This document shows, one piece after another, positions 50,119 to 60,981 of a stretch of DNA of 64,000 nt (positions within the stretch are counted from its first letter, which is position 1; each line of letters starts with the position of its first letter). Under the pieces are notes generated by a model. That model ran no database searches. It had not been told where the DNA came from and saw only the letters and a list, made by a program, of their open reading frames with translations. Source of the DNA: a virus. The stretch lies in the IMG/VR virus record IMGVR_UViG_3300045988_159113; one strand, 5' to 3'. Both the position numbers and the translations under genes were made by a program.

Positions 50119-52551
50119 ATGCCTAGGCAGGAAGGAAAAACAGACATTTTTGTCAACGACTTATTGCGTAAGTCAGGGATCAGTCTCTCATCACAAGATG
50201 CAGATATAAATATTGACCTAAGGGATGCGTTGCAAACTGCATCCAAGAATGGGACAGGCAATATAGGCTATCCTGATTATTGTGGAATTGTCAACGGGTA
50301 TGTCTTCGTTATAGAAGATAAGGCGAGCGTTTACGATCACGCCAAGTATCTTGACGATAAAGAGACAGAACTTGATATGTCCCAGCAAGCCATCAAGAAG
50401 TACGCACTCAATGGTGCTGTTCATTATGCCATTAAGATAATGGCAAGTGCACCGTATGAGCAACTGTTCGGTTTTGGAGTTTCCGGAAATGAAGATGGGT
50501 ATCGTATCACTCCGTTCTTTCTAAGATCGAGAGAAACGAAACCTATGATTCTTGAACCAGTCAATGATTTCAACTCATTCTCTCATAGCAATATCGGAAC
50601 GTATTATTGTATGAATGTTTTGAAAGAGGAGATTGATGTGAATAAAACAGAAGAAGAAATACAGAGAGATGCAGCAGAACTTCATGAGTTCTTGCGAAGT
50701 TATGGATCTCTTACAACAGAACAGAAGCCAATAATTGTTTCTGGAATTTTGATTGCTTTATCTGAAATTGATTACAAGAATTTTGACATTAATACTTTGA
50801 TTTGTGATAAAACATCAAGTGATGGAGAAAAGATTTTTGTAGCAATTAAAAAGGCACTCAAAAGAATTTCTGTTGAAAATAGTTTAATACTTCGACAGTT
50901 CTCGCTCATCGCTTCTAACATTCAAATCAACACAACAAATTCAAAACTTGGCAAGACTCCGCTAAGATTTTTCACTGAGTTTTTATACAATCGTATTTTC
51001 AAAAACATAAAATACGTTGCATCTCCTACAGATTTCATTGGTAGATTTTATAATGAATTCATATCATATTCTGGTGGAGACGGTCAGACTTTGGGTATCA
51101 TTTTGACGCCTACACATATCACACAACTCTTTTGTGATCTTGTTAACCTTACAGATAAGGATAAAGTATTCGATCCATGTTGCGGAACTGGTGGGTTCTT
51201 GATTGCTGCTTTACATAACATGATAGAGAAAAGCGGAAAGACAGACGAGGAAGTACGAAGGATTAAAAACAACCAGCTGTTCGGCATTGAAATGCAAGAC
51301 TATATGTACACAGTTGGTTTTACTAATCTATTGTTGCGTAGTTGTAACACAAACAATTTGATTTGTGATAGTTTTTTCAACATCAATACTAATCATTTAT
51401 CAGGAAATGGATTCACTGTTGGAATGATTAATCCTCCTTATTCTCAAGGCTCATCTAAAGATAAAACGCTATATGAAATTAATTTCATATTTCGTATGCT
51501 TGGATGTTTAGCACCAGGAGCTAGGGGAATTGCAATTGTTCCACAATCTACAATGGTTGGAAATTCAAAAGCTGAACTTGAAATCAAAAGAGAAATTCTT
51601 GAACGCCATACTTTAGAGGGAGTGATTACTTTAAATCCTCAGACATTCTTCGGTGTGGGAGTTAATCCTTGTATCTGTATATTTACAGCAGGAACTCCAC
51701 ACAGAAAGGACAAGTTTGTCAAGTTTATTGATTTTACTGACGATGGATATGTTGCAGAACCAAAACGTGGATTGGTTAAAACTGAAAGTGCAGATGCTAA
51801 AAAAGCACATATGTTACAAGTGTGGAATGACGAAATTGTTGATGATGATATATGTGTGAAACATAAAATAAATTTTAATGATGATTGGATTTACAATGCT
51901 CAAAAAAACAATGAACTAAATTTAATAAATGAATTATTTGTTCCATATAAAGAAAAAGAAGAATTAACAAAAATAATATCAAAGTTAGACACCTTAATTT
52001 TATCAAAGCCAAATATTCCGAGGCCAACAATAGTAGGAAAAGCTACTGCCGATTTTCATATTGATCAAATATTTGATGTGAAAATGTCGAAGTCTATAAA
52101 TAATAACAAATTAAACAGTACACCTGGAAATATTCCATATATTACAAGGACAGGATTAAATAACGGCATCCTGAAATTTGTATGTGAACAGGGAATCGAA
52201 AAACTTAATCCTGGCAATGTCATAACAATTGGGGTAGATACACAAACTGTATTCTATCAAAAACAAGCTTTCTATTGTGGAAACAATGTTCTTTCTTTAT
52301 CATCCGAAAACGTTGATCAATACATCGGCGTTTTCATAGTTGGGATATTAGACCAGATTGTAAAAAAGAAATACAACTATGGATATGGCGCAACATTAAC
52401 AAGGATTAAAAATCTCGAAATCCCTCTTCCCATCACTTCCGACGGAAAGCCAGACTGGGAATTTATGTCTGACTATATAAAAACACAATTTCAAATTGTA
52501 TTTGAGGAAGAACTGAAACGACTAAAATCTAAACTCGATGAGTGGTATTGA
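50119..52551 (+). CDS. fused nuclease-methyltransferase-specificity enzyme (type IIG-like R-M-S)
   Basis: The N-terminus GYPDYCGIVNGYVFVIEDK is a PD...(E/D)xK, HSDR_N-like. Gamma-class N6-adenine MTase motifs FDPCCGTGGFLI (I) and MINPPYSQG (IV). The C-terminal 220 aa resemble one HsdS target-recognition domain. Confidence 0.75.
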   Translation: MPRQEGKTDIFVNDLLRKSGISLSSQDADINIDLRDALQTASKNGTGNIGYPDYCGIVNGYVFVIEDKASVYDHAKYLDDKETELDMSQQAIKKYALNGAVHYAIKIMASAPYEQLFGFGVSGNEDGYRITPFFLRSRETKPMILEPVNDFNSFSHSNIGTYYCMNVLKEEIDVNKTEEEIQRDAAELHEFLRSYGSLTTEQKPIIVSGILIALSEIDYKNFDINTLICDKTSSDGEKIFVAIKKALKRISVENSLILRQFSLIASNIQINTTNSKLGKTPLRFFTEFLYNRIFKNIKYVASPTDFIGRFYNEFISYSGGDGQTLGIILTPTHITQLFCDLVNLTDKDKVFDPCCGTGGFLIAALHNMIEKSGKTDEEVRRIKNNQLFGIEMQDYMYTVGFTNLLLRSCNTNNLICDSFFNINTNHLSGNGFTVGMINPPYSQGSSKDKTLYEINFIFRMLGCLAPGARGIAIVPQSTMVGNSKAELEIKREILERHTLEGVITLNPQTFFGVGVNPCICIFTAGTPHRKDKFVKFIDFTDDGYVAEPKRGLVKTESADAKKAHMLQVWNDEIVDDDICVKHKINFNDDWIYNAQKNNELNLINELFVPYKEKEELTKIISKLDTLILSKPNIPRPTIVGKATADFHIDQIFDVKMSKSINNNKLNSTPGNIPYITRTGLNNGILKFVCEQGIEKLNPGNVITIGVDTQTVFYQKQAFYCGNNVLSLSSENVDQYIGVFIVGILDQIVKKKYNYGYGATLTRIKNLEIPLPITSDGKPDWEFMSDYIKTQFQIVFEEELKRLKSKLDEWY

Positions 52552-53563
52552 TTTTTCTAAGATTAGAGTGAGTCCTATAATGGACTCACTCGTGATTGAT
52601 AAGATAACGGATGAGGTATACTTCAGCGAGAAATACGCTGATTATATCAGCAATAGCAGGCTCAAGCTTATCAATCCAGATCAGGGTGGAAGTCCTGAAC
52701 AATATTTTGAAGGATTCTCCGGAATCTATTCAGACGCTTTGATTCAAGGTTCGGCTGTCCACGAGTTAGTACTCCAGCCAGAATATTTTGAACTGGTCGA
52801 AACAATAAACCGGCCAACAGGAAAACTCGGGTTCATTTCAGATATTGTTTACAAGAAAACCGTTCTGCCAACAGACGAAGAGCTTATAGCAGCTGCCAAA
52901 GAGGTTGATTACTATGGCGGAAATCTTAACACTATACAGATGAAAGAGTTGAAAGCCAAAGTATTGCCATACTGTGAACAGAGAATGAACTATGAAGCAA
53001 GATACACAGGAGATAAAGAGCTTATCTTTCTCGGTGAAGCGATGAGAGAAAAGGTCAAGGCTTGTGTCTCTAACCTCTTAGGAAATGCCGAGATCTATTC
53101 ACTCCTTCATCCTACCGGGTTATTGACAAATCCCATATCAGAGAATGAGCAAGCTATCCTTGTTGATCTAGATGTTGATGTAGAAGGCCATGAGCCGATA
53201 GTGTTAAAGCTGAAGGCAAAGCTGGATAACTTCACGATAGATAAAGAGAATAACAAACTTATTATCAACGATATCAAAACACACGGTCGAAAAATCGGAG
53301 AGTTTGGTGATGCTGTCAATAACTGGCGGTATATGAGAGAGATGGCAGTGTATGCCACGCTGCTAAATCTTGTGGCTCAAAAGTTCTATGGTATGGATAG
53401 AACAGACATAGAGGCTAACTTCTTAGTTGTCTCTACTATTCCGCCGTATTACACAAAAGTCCACAGGTTGCGCAGGGAAGATTTCCTGATTGGTGTTGAA
53501 GAATTTCAAAGATTATTAAAAATGGTTGCATATTATACATGCTATGGACCAGATGATGAATAA
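52538..53563 (+). CDS. PD-(D/E)XK (RecB/Cas4/YqaJ-like) exonuclease
   Basis: GSAVHELV, VDLDVDVEG, and LIINDIKTHG (D...D.K core), then RYMREMAVYATLL. Confidence 0.55.
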   Translation: MSGIDFSKIRVSPIMDSLVIDKITDEVYFSEKYADYISNSRLKLINPDQGGSPEQYFEGFSGIYSDALIQGSAVHELVLQPEYFELVETINRPTGKLGFISDIVYKKTVLPTDEELIAAAKEVDYYGGNLNTIQMKELKAKVLPYCEQRMNYEARYTGDKELIFLGEAMREKVKACVSNLLGNAEIYSLLHPTGLLTNPISENEQAILVDLDVDVEGHEPIVLKLKAKLDNFTIDKENNKLIINDIKTHGRKIGEFGDAVNNWRYMREMAVYATLLNLVAQKFYGMDRTDIEANFLVVSTIPPYYTKVHRLRREDFLIGVEEFQRLLKMVAYYTCYGPDDE

Positions 53564-54038
53564 ATTAAAAGTTTTTATATTGTTATTTTTCTTGTGCAAT
53601 TTTTGCTATGCACAAAAAATATATGTTCAAAAATACATTGAACACAGAGACACGACATGTAGATTTTTCTATAATAACGGAAATTATTCTGTACGTGAGC
53701 ATCATTCAATAGTAAATGACAGATGTAAAGAGTGCAATTCAAGAAAACTAAGAAGACCAAATCAACTAAATCAAGATGAAAACTTCCTGATTAAGTCTGG
53801 AAAATATCAGCGAAAATCAGCTGTGTTTGCTTCCTGCGCTTTAGGCTCTGCCTTAATTGGCGGCGGTCTTGTTGCGATTGAATTAAAAGAAAATCCAAAT
53901 CAGCCAGTTATCGCCGCAAGCCTTGGAGGAATTTTTGGTTCAGCGTGTCTTGCTTTTACTTGCGTAGCTATTCATTACCAATATAAAGCGGGGCGGGAAT
54001 TAGAAATAAATGGTACAAGTTTAAAATATAGATTCTGA
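53553..54038 (+). CDS. secreted/membrane protein
   Basis: ORF track 53526. MMNKLKVFILLFFLCNFCYAQ is a signal peptide starting at 53553. Two C-terminal hydrophobic spans. Confidence 0.6.
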   Translation: MMNKLKVFILLFFLCNFCYAQKIYVQKYIEHRDTTCRFFYNNGNYSVREHHSIVNDRCKECNSRKLRRPNQLNQDENFLIKSGKYQRKSAVFASCALGSALIGGGLVAIELKENPNQPVIAASLGGIFGSACLAFTCVAIHYQYKAGRELEINGTSLKYRF

Positions 54039-54040
54039 CA

Positions 54041-54367
54041 ATGGAATATGAAGATAAAAAACTTGAGTATATCGAACGTTTCGGTTTAGGATATATTGGT
54101 CCTGATATAGAGAAACGTTTTGTATTAATAGGTCTTGTGTGTTATCTCACACATAAAGCAAGGGAGAAGAACCCATCGACTACGTGTTTGGAAATCGTCC
54201 AGGCTTTAAACAAAAAGTTCTGGATTGAGAAAAGTTTACAGGAGAGGATCGCAATTATCTCAGAAGACTTTATGTACGGATGCACGAAATTTTCCACATT
54301 CGGTGTTAAACCTTCCGAGATAATTAACACTCTAAAAGATATAATCGATGAGATGTTGCCATTTTAA
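54041..54367 (+). CDS. hypothetical protein
   Basis: ATG ORF, 108 aa. Confidence 0.65.
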   Translation: MEYEDKKLEYIERFGLGYIGPDIEKRFVLIGLVCYLTHKAREKNPSTTCLEIVQALNKKFWIEKSLQERIAIISEDFMYGCTKFSTFGVKPSEIINTLKDIIDEMLPF

Positions 54368-54398
54368 GATCAAAAAGTAAAATGAAAATACGCGATGA

Positions 54399-54992
54399 AT
54401 GTTGTACACAGTCGGAGAGTTCACTAGAAAAACGGTGAGCGGATACAATGAAGGCGAGGCATTCTCGAAGCTGCCGTTTATGGTAGTCGGGAGTGCCACG
54501 CAAGCATTCAACAAATGGAAAGAGAACTATAAGCACCCTATGAATGAGATGGCCGAAAACCAGTTTATGCTTGACTATCTGGCTAAGATGTCAAAGAATG
54601 CGCCAGGTATCGGCTACTCAATCCTTATAGACAAACCACACCAAGACACGCGAGTCAGACCCTGGAAGTTTACAAGTATCCCAGGGTATAAGAGACTAAC
54701 ACGTAGAAAGTTAGAGGATGTGATCCAAGTCATAGGATACGATAATGAAGGGCACACCTTCCTTTTGGGAGAGCTTAAAGGACACTATAAAGACGCCATG
54801 AAGGTAGCACGTCAAGCATTCGCTGACGGCTTTAAAGGACATATCGAAGGGCGCCATATCTACCGAGTACCTCAGGATTGCGTCGAGCTTTGCTTTGCTG
54901 CTGATTATGCACCTAGCAAGTTTGCCAATGAGGGAATCTGGATTTGTTTTGGCATTGTTAATAAACCAATAGTGGAGAAAGAAGAAGAATGA
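54399..54992 (+). CDS. hypothetical protein
   Basis: ATG ORF, 197 aa. Confidence 0.65.
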   Translation: MLYTVGEFTRKTVSGYNEGEAFSKLPFMVVGSATQAFNKWKENYKHPMNEMAENQFMLDYLAKMSKNAPGIGYSILIDKPHQDTRVRPWKFTSIPGYKRLTRRKLEDVIQVIGYDNEGHTFLLGELKGHYKDAMKVARQAFADGFKGHIEGRHIYRVPQDCVELCFAADYAPSKFANEGIWICFGIVNKPIVEKEEE

Positions 54993-55342
54993 ATAGACCG
55001 GAGGTTTACGTTGTGCTTGTTGGAGACGGAGAAGACAAGCACGTGCATTGTGTGGCAAAAGGCCCGCAGATAGCCAAGAGAATCCAAGCAGAGCTACAAG
55101 AATCCCAAAACTTCGATGGATTGCCATATAGTAAATGGTACGCTCTACAGTATAGATTAAACTCTTTCTATTCGGAGAATAATTTGACAGATGAAGATTT
55201 GGACAGTACAGAGGGTGAGCTTATCCATAAGTATATCGACAAGACAATTGACATAGACCTTTGGAATAAAGCCACCGAATACTACCAAGACACAGACCCA
55301 GATGTTGTTGAAATTGTAAAAACTGAAATGTATAATCGCTGA
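54989..55342 (+). CDS. hypothetical protein
   Basis: ATGA-coupled ORF, 117 aa. Confidence 0.65.
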   Translation: MNRPEVYVVLVGDGEDKHVHCVAKGPQIAKRIQAELQESQNFDGLPYSKWYALQYRLNSFYSENNLTDEDLDSTEGELIHKYIDKTIDIDLWNKATEYYQDTDPDVVEIVKTEMYNR

Positions 55343-56100
55343 TGGAAATCGAAATGAAGGACCTGCTCGAAGGGCAGTCAACAATTATTAGGGGAAAAGA
55401 GTTTAACGAGACAAAGGCATATGTTCAGCCTTTTATTGATAGATTCAAAAGTGAGACAGATGATTTCCGAATACGTGTCATTTCACCTTCGCAACTTTCA
55501 GTATCTGCTGATGGGACAGTAAATCAGGTATATAACCGTGTACTCATTGAGGCGATTATTCCTACTGCTTTTGATATTGCTGATGTTGTAGGTATGACCT
55601 ATGCGCTGGATGTTAGGTATCCTGTCGTCAAGTTCTTCAAGGGAGTCAAGGATAACCTGGAAGGTGGGCAGTTGTACATAGACAACACAAACAATATAGT
55701 CTATGGAGACATTACACCAGATACTCCTATTGATTACTCTATCCTTGATAGGCTCATTGCAAAAGAGGTGAAGACTAACGAGTGGATGGAGAGTTTGAAG
55801 ACTAAGGACTTCGATGCATCCAATGATAATGTCAACTATACACTCGGGCAATGGGTGCGCTTTGCATTGAATATAGAGAGAAGCACAGACTACGGAACAA
55901 TAAAAATAGGATATGCTGATATCGTTTCCGGATACAAATATCTTTTCGAGACACGAGACAGCAATTACTACAAAGGGCTTGGAGTTCATACCGATTATCT
56001 CAACATCTTCTCAGCTATGAGTGATGTTATCTATAACGGCAAAGATATTGTAAATATTCCAGAAAAAACCGTATTATTGAAACAGATATTGTCTATTTGA
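55342..56100 (+). CDS. hypothetical protein
   Basis: ATG shares one base with the preceding TGA. 252 aa. Confidence 0.7.
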   Translation: MEIEMKDLLEGQSTIIRGKEFNETKAYVQPFIDRFKSETDDFRIRVISPSQLSVSADGTVNQVYNRVLIEAIIPTAFDIADVVGMTYALDVRYPVVKFFKGVKDNLEGGQLYIDNTNNIVYGDITPDTPIDYSILDRLIAKEVKTNEWMESLKTKDFDASNDNVNYTLGQWVRFALNIERSTDYGTIKIGYADIVSGYKYLFETRDSNYYKGLGVHTDYLNIFSAMSDVIYNGKDIVNIPEKTVLLKQILSI

Positions 56101-56103
56101 ACT

Positions 56104-56126
56104 AGCGGGGACTTCCCCGCTTTTTT
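56104..56126 (+). terminator. rho-independent terminator
   Basis: AGCGGGG-ACTT-CCCCGCT followed by TTTTT. Confidence 0.8.
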
Positions 56127-56161
56127 GGTCTATATATGTTTAATTTTAAATAATACGAGTT

Positions 56162-58267
56162 ATGAAAGTAAAAAAGAGGAATGGAGAATTGCAGGATTTT
56201 GACTTCAACAAAATTCGGTGTGCCGTTATGAAAGCCTTTGAGGAGTGCGGTGTTCAGCTGTCGAAATATGAAGAAAAAGACCTATTCGAGTCTATAGAAG
56301 ACAAGATCCCTAACTTAGAGAAAAACGGAGTAGTTGATCTTGAGGATATACAAAACTTGAATGAAAGCCAGCTGATGTTTTGGGGATACTATGACGTAGC
56401 TAAGGCGTATATCATATACAGGTATAATAGGGCGCTATTGAGAAAAGAAAACAGTACTGACCAATCAGTCGCTCAACTGATCGATGGAACCAATGAATAC
56501 TGGAATAAGGAAAACGCAAACAAGAGAGCAGAGCGTACAAGTACACAGCGCGACTATGTGGCAGGCATTACATCAACAGATGTAGCACGTCGTTTGATAT
56601 TGCCAGAGGATGTAATAAAGGCGCACGATGAGGGCATTATCCATTTTCATGATATTGATTATCTTATCCATAAAGGGGAGACAAATTGCAGTCTTATCAA
56701 TTTGCAGGACATGCTTGATAATGGCACAGTTATCAATGACATCAAGATCGAAAGCCCGCATCGTTTCCTTACAGCATGCACTATAGCAACCCAGATAATC
56801 ATGGGAGTAGCATCCAATCAATACGGAGGTTGTACTATAAGCATTGCACACCTTGCACCTTATCTTAGGAAGTCAAAAAAGTACTATCAGAAAAAGTATC
56901 CAGAACAAGCGAATCTGTTATACAAAAAAGAGCTTGAAGATGGAGTCCAGACTTTCAACTATCAGGTAAACAGCATGTCAGCATCAACTGGCCAGTCGCC
57001 GTTCTTAACTGTACATATCGATCTTGAGGAAATCCCGGAATACACGCAAGAGATCTATGAGATTGCAATGGAATTTTTAAGTCAGAGAATTTTGGGATTT
57101 AAAAATAAACTCGGTGTTTATATAACACCGACATTTCCAAAAATCATCGTTGTCCTCAGAGATAAGTATTTCGAAAAAGACATTGACGAGAAGACTAAGG
57201 CTTTTATTCATAAGTGCGCAGAATGTACGGCGTTACGTATGGTTCCTGATTATATGTCCGAGAAGCTTATGATGAAGTACAAGGGCGCAGTTGTTCCAGC
57301 GATGGGTTGTCGCTCGCTACTGAAGCCTATGTGGATAGATGGGAAACTCAAACTTTGGGGCAGGTTTAACCTTGGAGTTTGTACTCTTAACCTTCCACAT
57401 GTTGCCTATTCGTCAGGTGGAGATTTTGATAAGTTCTGGGAATTGATGGATGAGCGCACAGAGCTCATACGTAAGGCTCAGCTTGTACGTGTCAATAGAA
57501 TTGCAAACTCTACAACTGATGTTGCACCTCTTCTTTGGCAGCATGGAGCATTTGCTAGATTACCTGAACATACAAAGCTTAGCCAAATAATCTATGGCGG
57601 TTATGCATCCATTAGTCTTGGATATGCTGGACTTTATGAATGTGTAAAGATCATGACAGGAGAAAGCCAGAGTGGGAACGAAGGCTATAAGTTCGCCGAG
57701 CAAGTCATGGCTTATCTTGATAATAAGACCAAGAAGTGGACAGAACTTGATAATCTCGGCTGGAGCGTTTACGGAACTCCTATCGAGTCGACTACCTGGA
57801 AGTTTGCAAAGTCTTTGAAGAAGTTCGGATATGATCGTGAATACATCACGAATAGTATCCATATTCCAGTCTTTGAAAACATTGATCCATTTAAGAAATT
57901 AGAGATTGAAGGAAAGCTTCAGGTATACAGTACAGGCGGTAATGTGAATTACATAGAGAGCGCCAACATGCGAAAGAATCCTGACGCTATTATCGATGTT
58001 ATGAAGGCTATAAATGACCACTGCCTCTATGCTGAGATAAACGGAAAAAATGATTTCTGTGAAGCTTGTGGATCTACAGAAGAGCAGCAGCTCGACGATG
58101 ACGGAAATTGGTTCTGTCCTGTGTGTGGATGTACCGACTCATCCAAGCTATACCATCCTCGCCGAATTTGTGGATATATCCAAGTCGGCGATGTAAATAA
58201 AGGCAGAGCTGGAGATATCAAAAACCGTTTTGTACATTTAGACAATAGAACATATGAACAGGTATAA
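56162..58267 (+). CDS. nrdD: anaerobic ribonucleoside-triphosphate reductase (class III)
   Basis: N-terminal ATP-cone (KVKKRNGELQDFDFNKI), C-terminal Zn ribbon CEACG...CPVCG, and glycyl-radical loop RRICGYI. 701 aa, uninterrupted. Confidence 0.85.
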   Translation: MKVKKRNGELQDFDFNKIRCAVMKAFEECGVQLSKYEEKDLFESIEDKIPNLEKNGVVDLEDIQNLNESQLMFWGYYDVAKAYIIYRYNRALLRKENSTDQSVAQLIDGTNEYWNKENANKRAERTSTQRDYVAGITSTDVARRLILPEDVIKAHDEGIIHFHDIDYLIHKGETNCSLINLQDMLDNGTVINDIKIESPHRFLTACTIATQIIMGVASNQYGGCTISIAHLAPYLRKSKKYYQKKYPEQANLLYKKELEDGVQTFNYQVNSMSASTGQSPFLTVHIDLEEIPEYTQEIYEIAMEFLSQRILGFKNKLGVYITPTFPKIIVVLRDKYFEKDIDEKTKAFIHKCAECTALRMVPDYMSEKLMMKYKGAVVPAMGCRSLLKPMWIDGKLKLWGRFNLGVCTLNLPHVAYSSGGDFDKFWELMDERTELIRKAQLVRVNRIANSTTDVAPLLWQHGAFARLPEHTKLSQIIYGGYASISLGYAGLYECVKIMTGESQSGNEGYKFAEQVMAYLDNKTKKWTELDNLGWSVYGTPIESTTWKFAKSLKKFGYDREYITNSIHIPVFENIDPFKKLEIEGKLQVYSTGGNVNYIESANMRKNPDAIIDVMKAINDHCLYAEINGKNDFCEACGSTEEQQLDDDGNWFCPVCGCTDSSKLYHPRRICGYIQVGDVNKGRAGDIKNRFVHLDNRTYEQV

Positions 58268-58760
58268 CCAAATCAGAGATCTTGACATTTCAAACGGTCC
58301 AGGTTGTCGTGTTTCCATCTTTCTCCAAGGTTGTCCTATTCATTGCTCCGGGTGTTTCAACTCTGAGCTTTGGGATTTTAACGGAGGCCGGGAAGTGAAC
58401 GATGAAACACTTGACACTATCCGCTCTTTGGTAAACAGGCCGTATATCAAAGGCTTGTCTATTCTTGGAGGGGAGCCGTTGTGTGAAGAGAACCTGCAAA
58501 CTGTCGCTGCACTATGTGATATAGTCAAGGCGATCCCGGACAAGACAGTCTGGGTTTATACAGGCTATAGCTACGAAGGCTTTAACGAAGGCCAGAAACA
58601 AGCGATAGATAAAGCAGACGTAGTAGTAGATGGAAAATTTGAAAAAGGTTTGTATAATCATGACCTTATTTTTAAAGGTAGTAAGAACCAGCGAATCATC
58701 GACTGGCAGAAAACGAAAAATGAAAATCGAATCATTCTCGTGAGTGATTACGCGGAGTGA
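58254..58760 (+). CDS. nrdG: class III RNR activating protein (radical SAM)
   Basis: Cys cluster FLQGCPIHCSGCFN. Size and position directly after nrdD fit. Confidence 0.8.
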   Translation: MNRYNQIRDLDISNGPGCRVSIFLQGCPIHCSGCFNSELWDFNGGREVNDETLDTIRSLVNRPYIKGLSILGGEPLCEENLQTVAALCDIVKAIPDKTVWVYTGYSYEGFNEGQKQAIDKADVVVDGKFEKGLYNHDLIFKGSKNQRIIDWQKTKNENRIILVSDYAE

Positions 58761-58772
58761 TAACTAACAGCG

Positions 58773-58804
58773 GGCGCCTATAATAGGTGCCCGTTTCTAT
58801 TTTA
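58773..58804 (+). terminator. rho-independent terminator
   Basis: GGGCGCC-TATAATA-GGTGCCC followed by GTTTCTATTTT. Confidence 0.65.
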
Positions 58805-58859
58805 AAGATTAACCATTTAAAAGATCAGAAGATTATGAGAACATACAGAAACAAACAAT

Positions 58860-59567
58860 ATGACATTCCAGGAGTATATAGAAAACCGTTTAGAAAGTCG
58901 CGCGTTAATGAACTATGAAGATCTGGTGTTAGGATTAGATAATGCACGCGTTAAAAGATTAGCATCTAGCAGATATGAGCGTGATAGTTTACTTTTAAAC
59001 AGCAAGACAAAGGAAGAATATATAGCCGAAGTTTTGACTCGTATATCACAAAAGGACGCCTTCACTTGTACGTCATATGTCAAACGTCCACTTCAGCAGA
59101 ACGAGGCAGAGCTTGCTCAGTTTGATTTTATCCGTGAAAACCTGGATGATTTTGATATGGAATTCACAAGGCTAAATACTACCGGCTACTCGGTAGATGA
59201 TGATGGCGGTATTGTGAGTGGATCACATCCGAGTACACACACAATAGACTTCCAGTTTTCCGGATCCTATCTGTATTATGTATATGCAAAATATACCAGC
59301 TGCTATAATGAGGCGCAGATGGACGATTTGCTACATTTTGCAGAACGAGCAAAGCATAACAGAGAGAGAAACGTAAAGTTTATATTCCTCCTTGACGGTT
59401 CTTTTTATAGCAAGAAAACAAAAACACATAGCAGATATTACGGAGAAACAAGACTCGAGTATTTCAAGCATCAATACAGAAGTCGTAAATTCATAATAGG
59501 GACATCTGATGATGTAGTTAAAAAGATCGCGAGATTAGAAACTAGAAAATGTAATTTTCAATTTTAA
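58860..59567 (+). CDS. hypothetical protein
   Basis: ATG ORF, 235 aa. Confidence 0.7.
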   Translation: MTFQEYIENRLESRALMNYEDLVLGLDNARVKRLASSRYERDSLLLNSKTKEEYIAEVLTRISQKDAFTCTSYVKRPLQQNEAELAQFDFIRENLDDFDMEFTRLNTTGYSVDDDGGIVSGSHPSTHTIDFQFSGSYLYYVYAKYTSCYNEAQMDDLLHFAERAKHNRERNVKFIFLLDGSFYSKKTKTHSRYYGETRLEYFKHQYRSRKFIIGTSDDVVKKIARLETRKCNFQF

Positions 59568-59631
59568 ACCTTTAATGATTTAAACAGTCAAAACAAAAGA
59601 TGACATAATTATAAACTAGAAATTCTTTTTC

Positions 59632-60978
59632 ATGGAAAAAGTAAAACTAGGAGAACAGCAATCGCAAGCATTGGAAGAAATCCGCGAGTTTCTACTCGGT
59701 GATGATTTTGCTTTTTGTTTGTATGGCAGCGCAGGAACTGGCAAATCCTTTATGGTCAAGCAGATTATAAAACTTGTGAGAAGTATGAAGAAGCAGTATT
59801 GCCTGGTTGCCCCTACACACAAAGCTGCGCTCGTGATGCGAGCATACACCGGAGAACGTGCTGATACTCTACACTACTTGTTGGCTTTATCTCCAAACCT
59901 TGAGATTTTGAAGCTCGATCTTAACCAGTTAGAGTTTCAGAGTAAAAGCTCAGAATTCATACCGATCAATGGTGTTGTTATCTGTGATGAAGCATCTATG
60001 ATAAATGACGACCTGTACGATATCCTTATTGAGAAATGCTCGGAACTTAACACAAAGGTAATATTCTGCGGAGATATCAAACAGTTGCAGCCTGTAGAAG
60101 GTCGTAACTATTCAAAAGTCTTTCAACTGAAAAACAGATTCGAGCTTACTAAAATCTACAGACAAAAAGACGGGTCGGCCATAGCACCTCTGCTTCTTGA
60201 ATTGAGAAATGACGTGATAGGCGACATTGAGACGAAGGAATCAGAGCATGGCAGCTTGTATGTATACGACGATATCAAAGAATACGCCGACCAGATGGTG
60301 CGGTGTTTTAAGGAAGGAATAGAACGACAAGATGTGTTGTATGCAAAAGCGTTGGCTTATACCAACAACAGAGTTGCAGAGTATAATCGCGTGATGCATC
60401 AGCTCGTCTTTGGAAAAGCTCCATATTACAAAGGTGAAATATTGACAGCTTACAGCAATTTCAGCGGAAAGAGAACTAAGTTTTTCAACAGCATGGATTA
60501 TATCATCGCTGAGGAACCTATAACAACTGAGGCATATGTTAAGGATCTTAGAGAAACATTCCTCGTTCACATGTTGACATTAAAGGATCCACTATCCGGA
60601 TTTTCTGATGTTGTGTACATGATGGATAAAAACAACGACGAGGAAAAGTTCGATATGTTAGCAGCAGAAGTTGAAGGAATCCGTGTGAAAGCTTTAAACT
60701 CTACGGGAAAAAGGAAGTCTATGTTTTGGAGTATGTATTTTAGACTTACTGAAACATTTGTTTTGCCACTCGATCTTTATTACGAAGGTCGTATGGTTAT
60801 GAAAAAAGGGCTCGATTATGGCTATGCTATAACAGTCCACAAATCGCAGGGGTCGTCTATCTCCAAAACCTTTGTAGATCTGAGAGATATAAGAAAGCAG
60901 AAGATAAGAGACGAGTTGAGACAGCTGGAGTATGTGGCATTGTCTCGTGCGTCTGGTGATGTTTTTATTTATGAATAA
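59632..60978 (+). CDS. SF1 helicase (RecD/Dda-like)
   Basis: Walker A YGSAGTGKSF, Walker B VICDEASMI, FCGDIKQLQPV, AITVHKSQGSS, YVALSRA. Confidence 0.8.
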   Translation: MEKVKLGEQQSQALEEIREFLLGDDFAFCLYGSAGTGKSFMVKQIIKLVRSMKKQYCLVAPTHKAALVMRAYTGERADTLHYLLALSPNLEILKLDLNQLEFQSKSSEFIPINGVVICDEASMINDDLYDILIEKCSELNTKVIFCGDIKQLQPVEGRNYSKVFQLKNRFELTKIYRQKDGSAIAPLLLELRNDVIGDIETKESEHGSLYVYDDIKEYADQMVRCFKEGIERQDVLYAKALAYTNNRVAEYNRVMHQLVFGKAPYYKGEILTAYSNFSGKRTKFFNSMDYIIAEEPITTEAYVKDLRETFLVHMLTLKDPLSGFSDVVYMMDKNNDEEKFDMLAAEVEGIRVKALNSTGKRKSMFWSMYFRLTETFVLPLDLYYEGRMVMKKGLDYGYAITVHKSQGSSISKTFVDLRDIRKQKIRDELRQLEYVALSRASGDVFIYE

Positions 60979-60981
60979 CCT

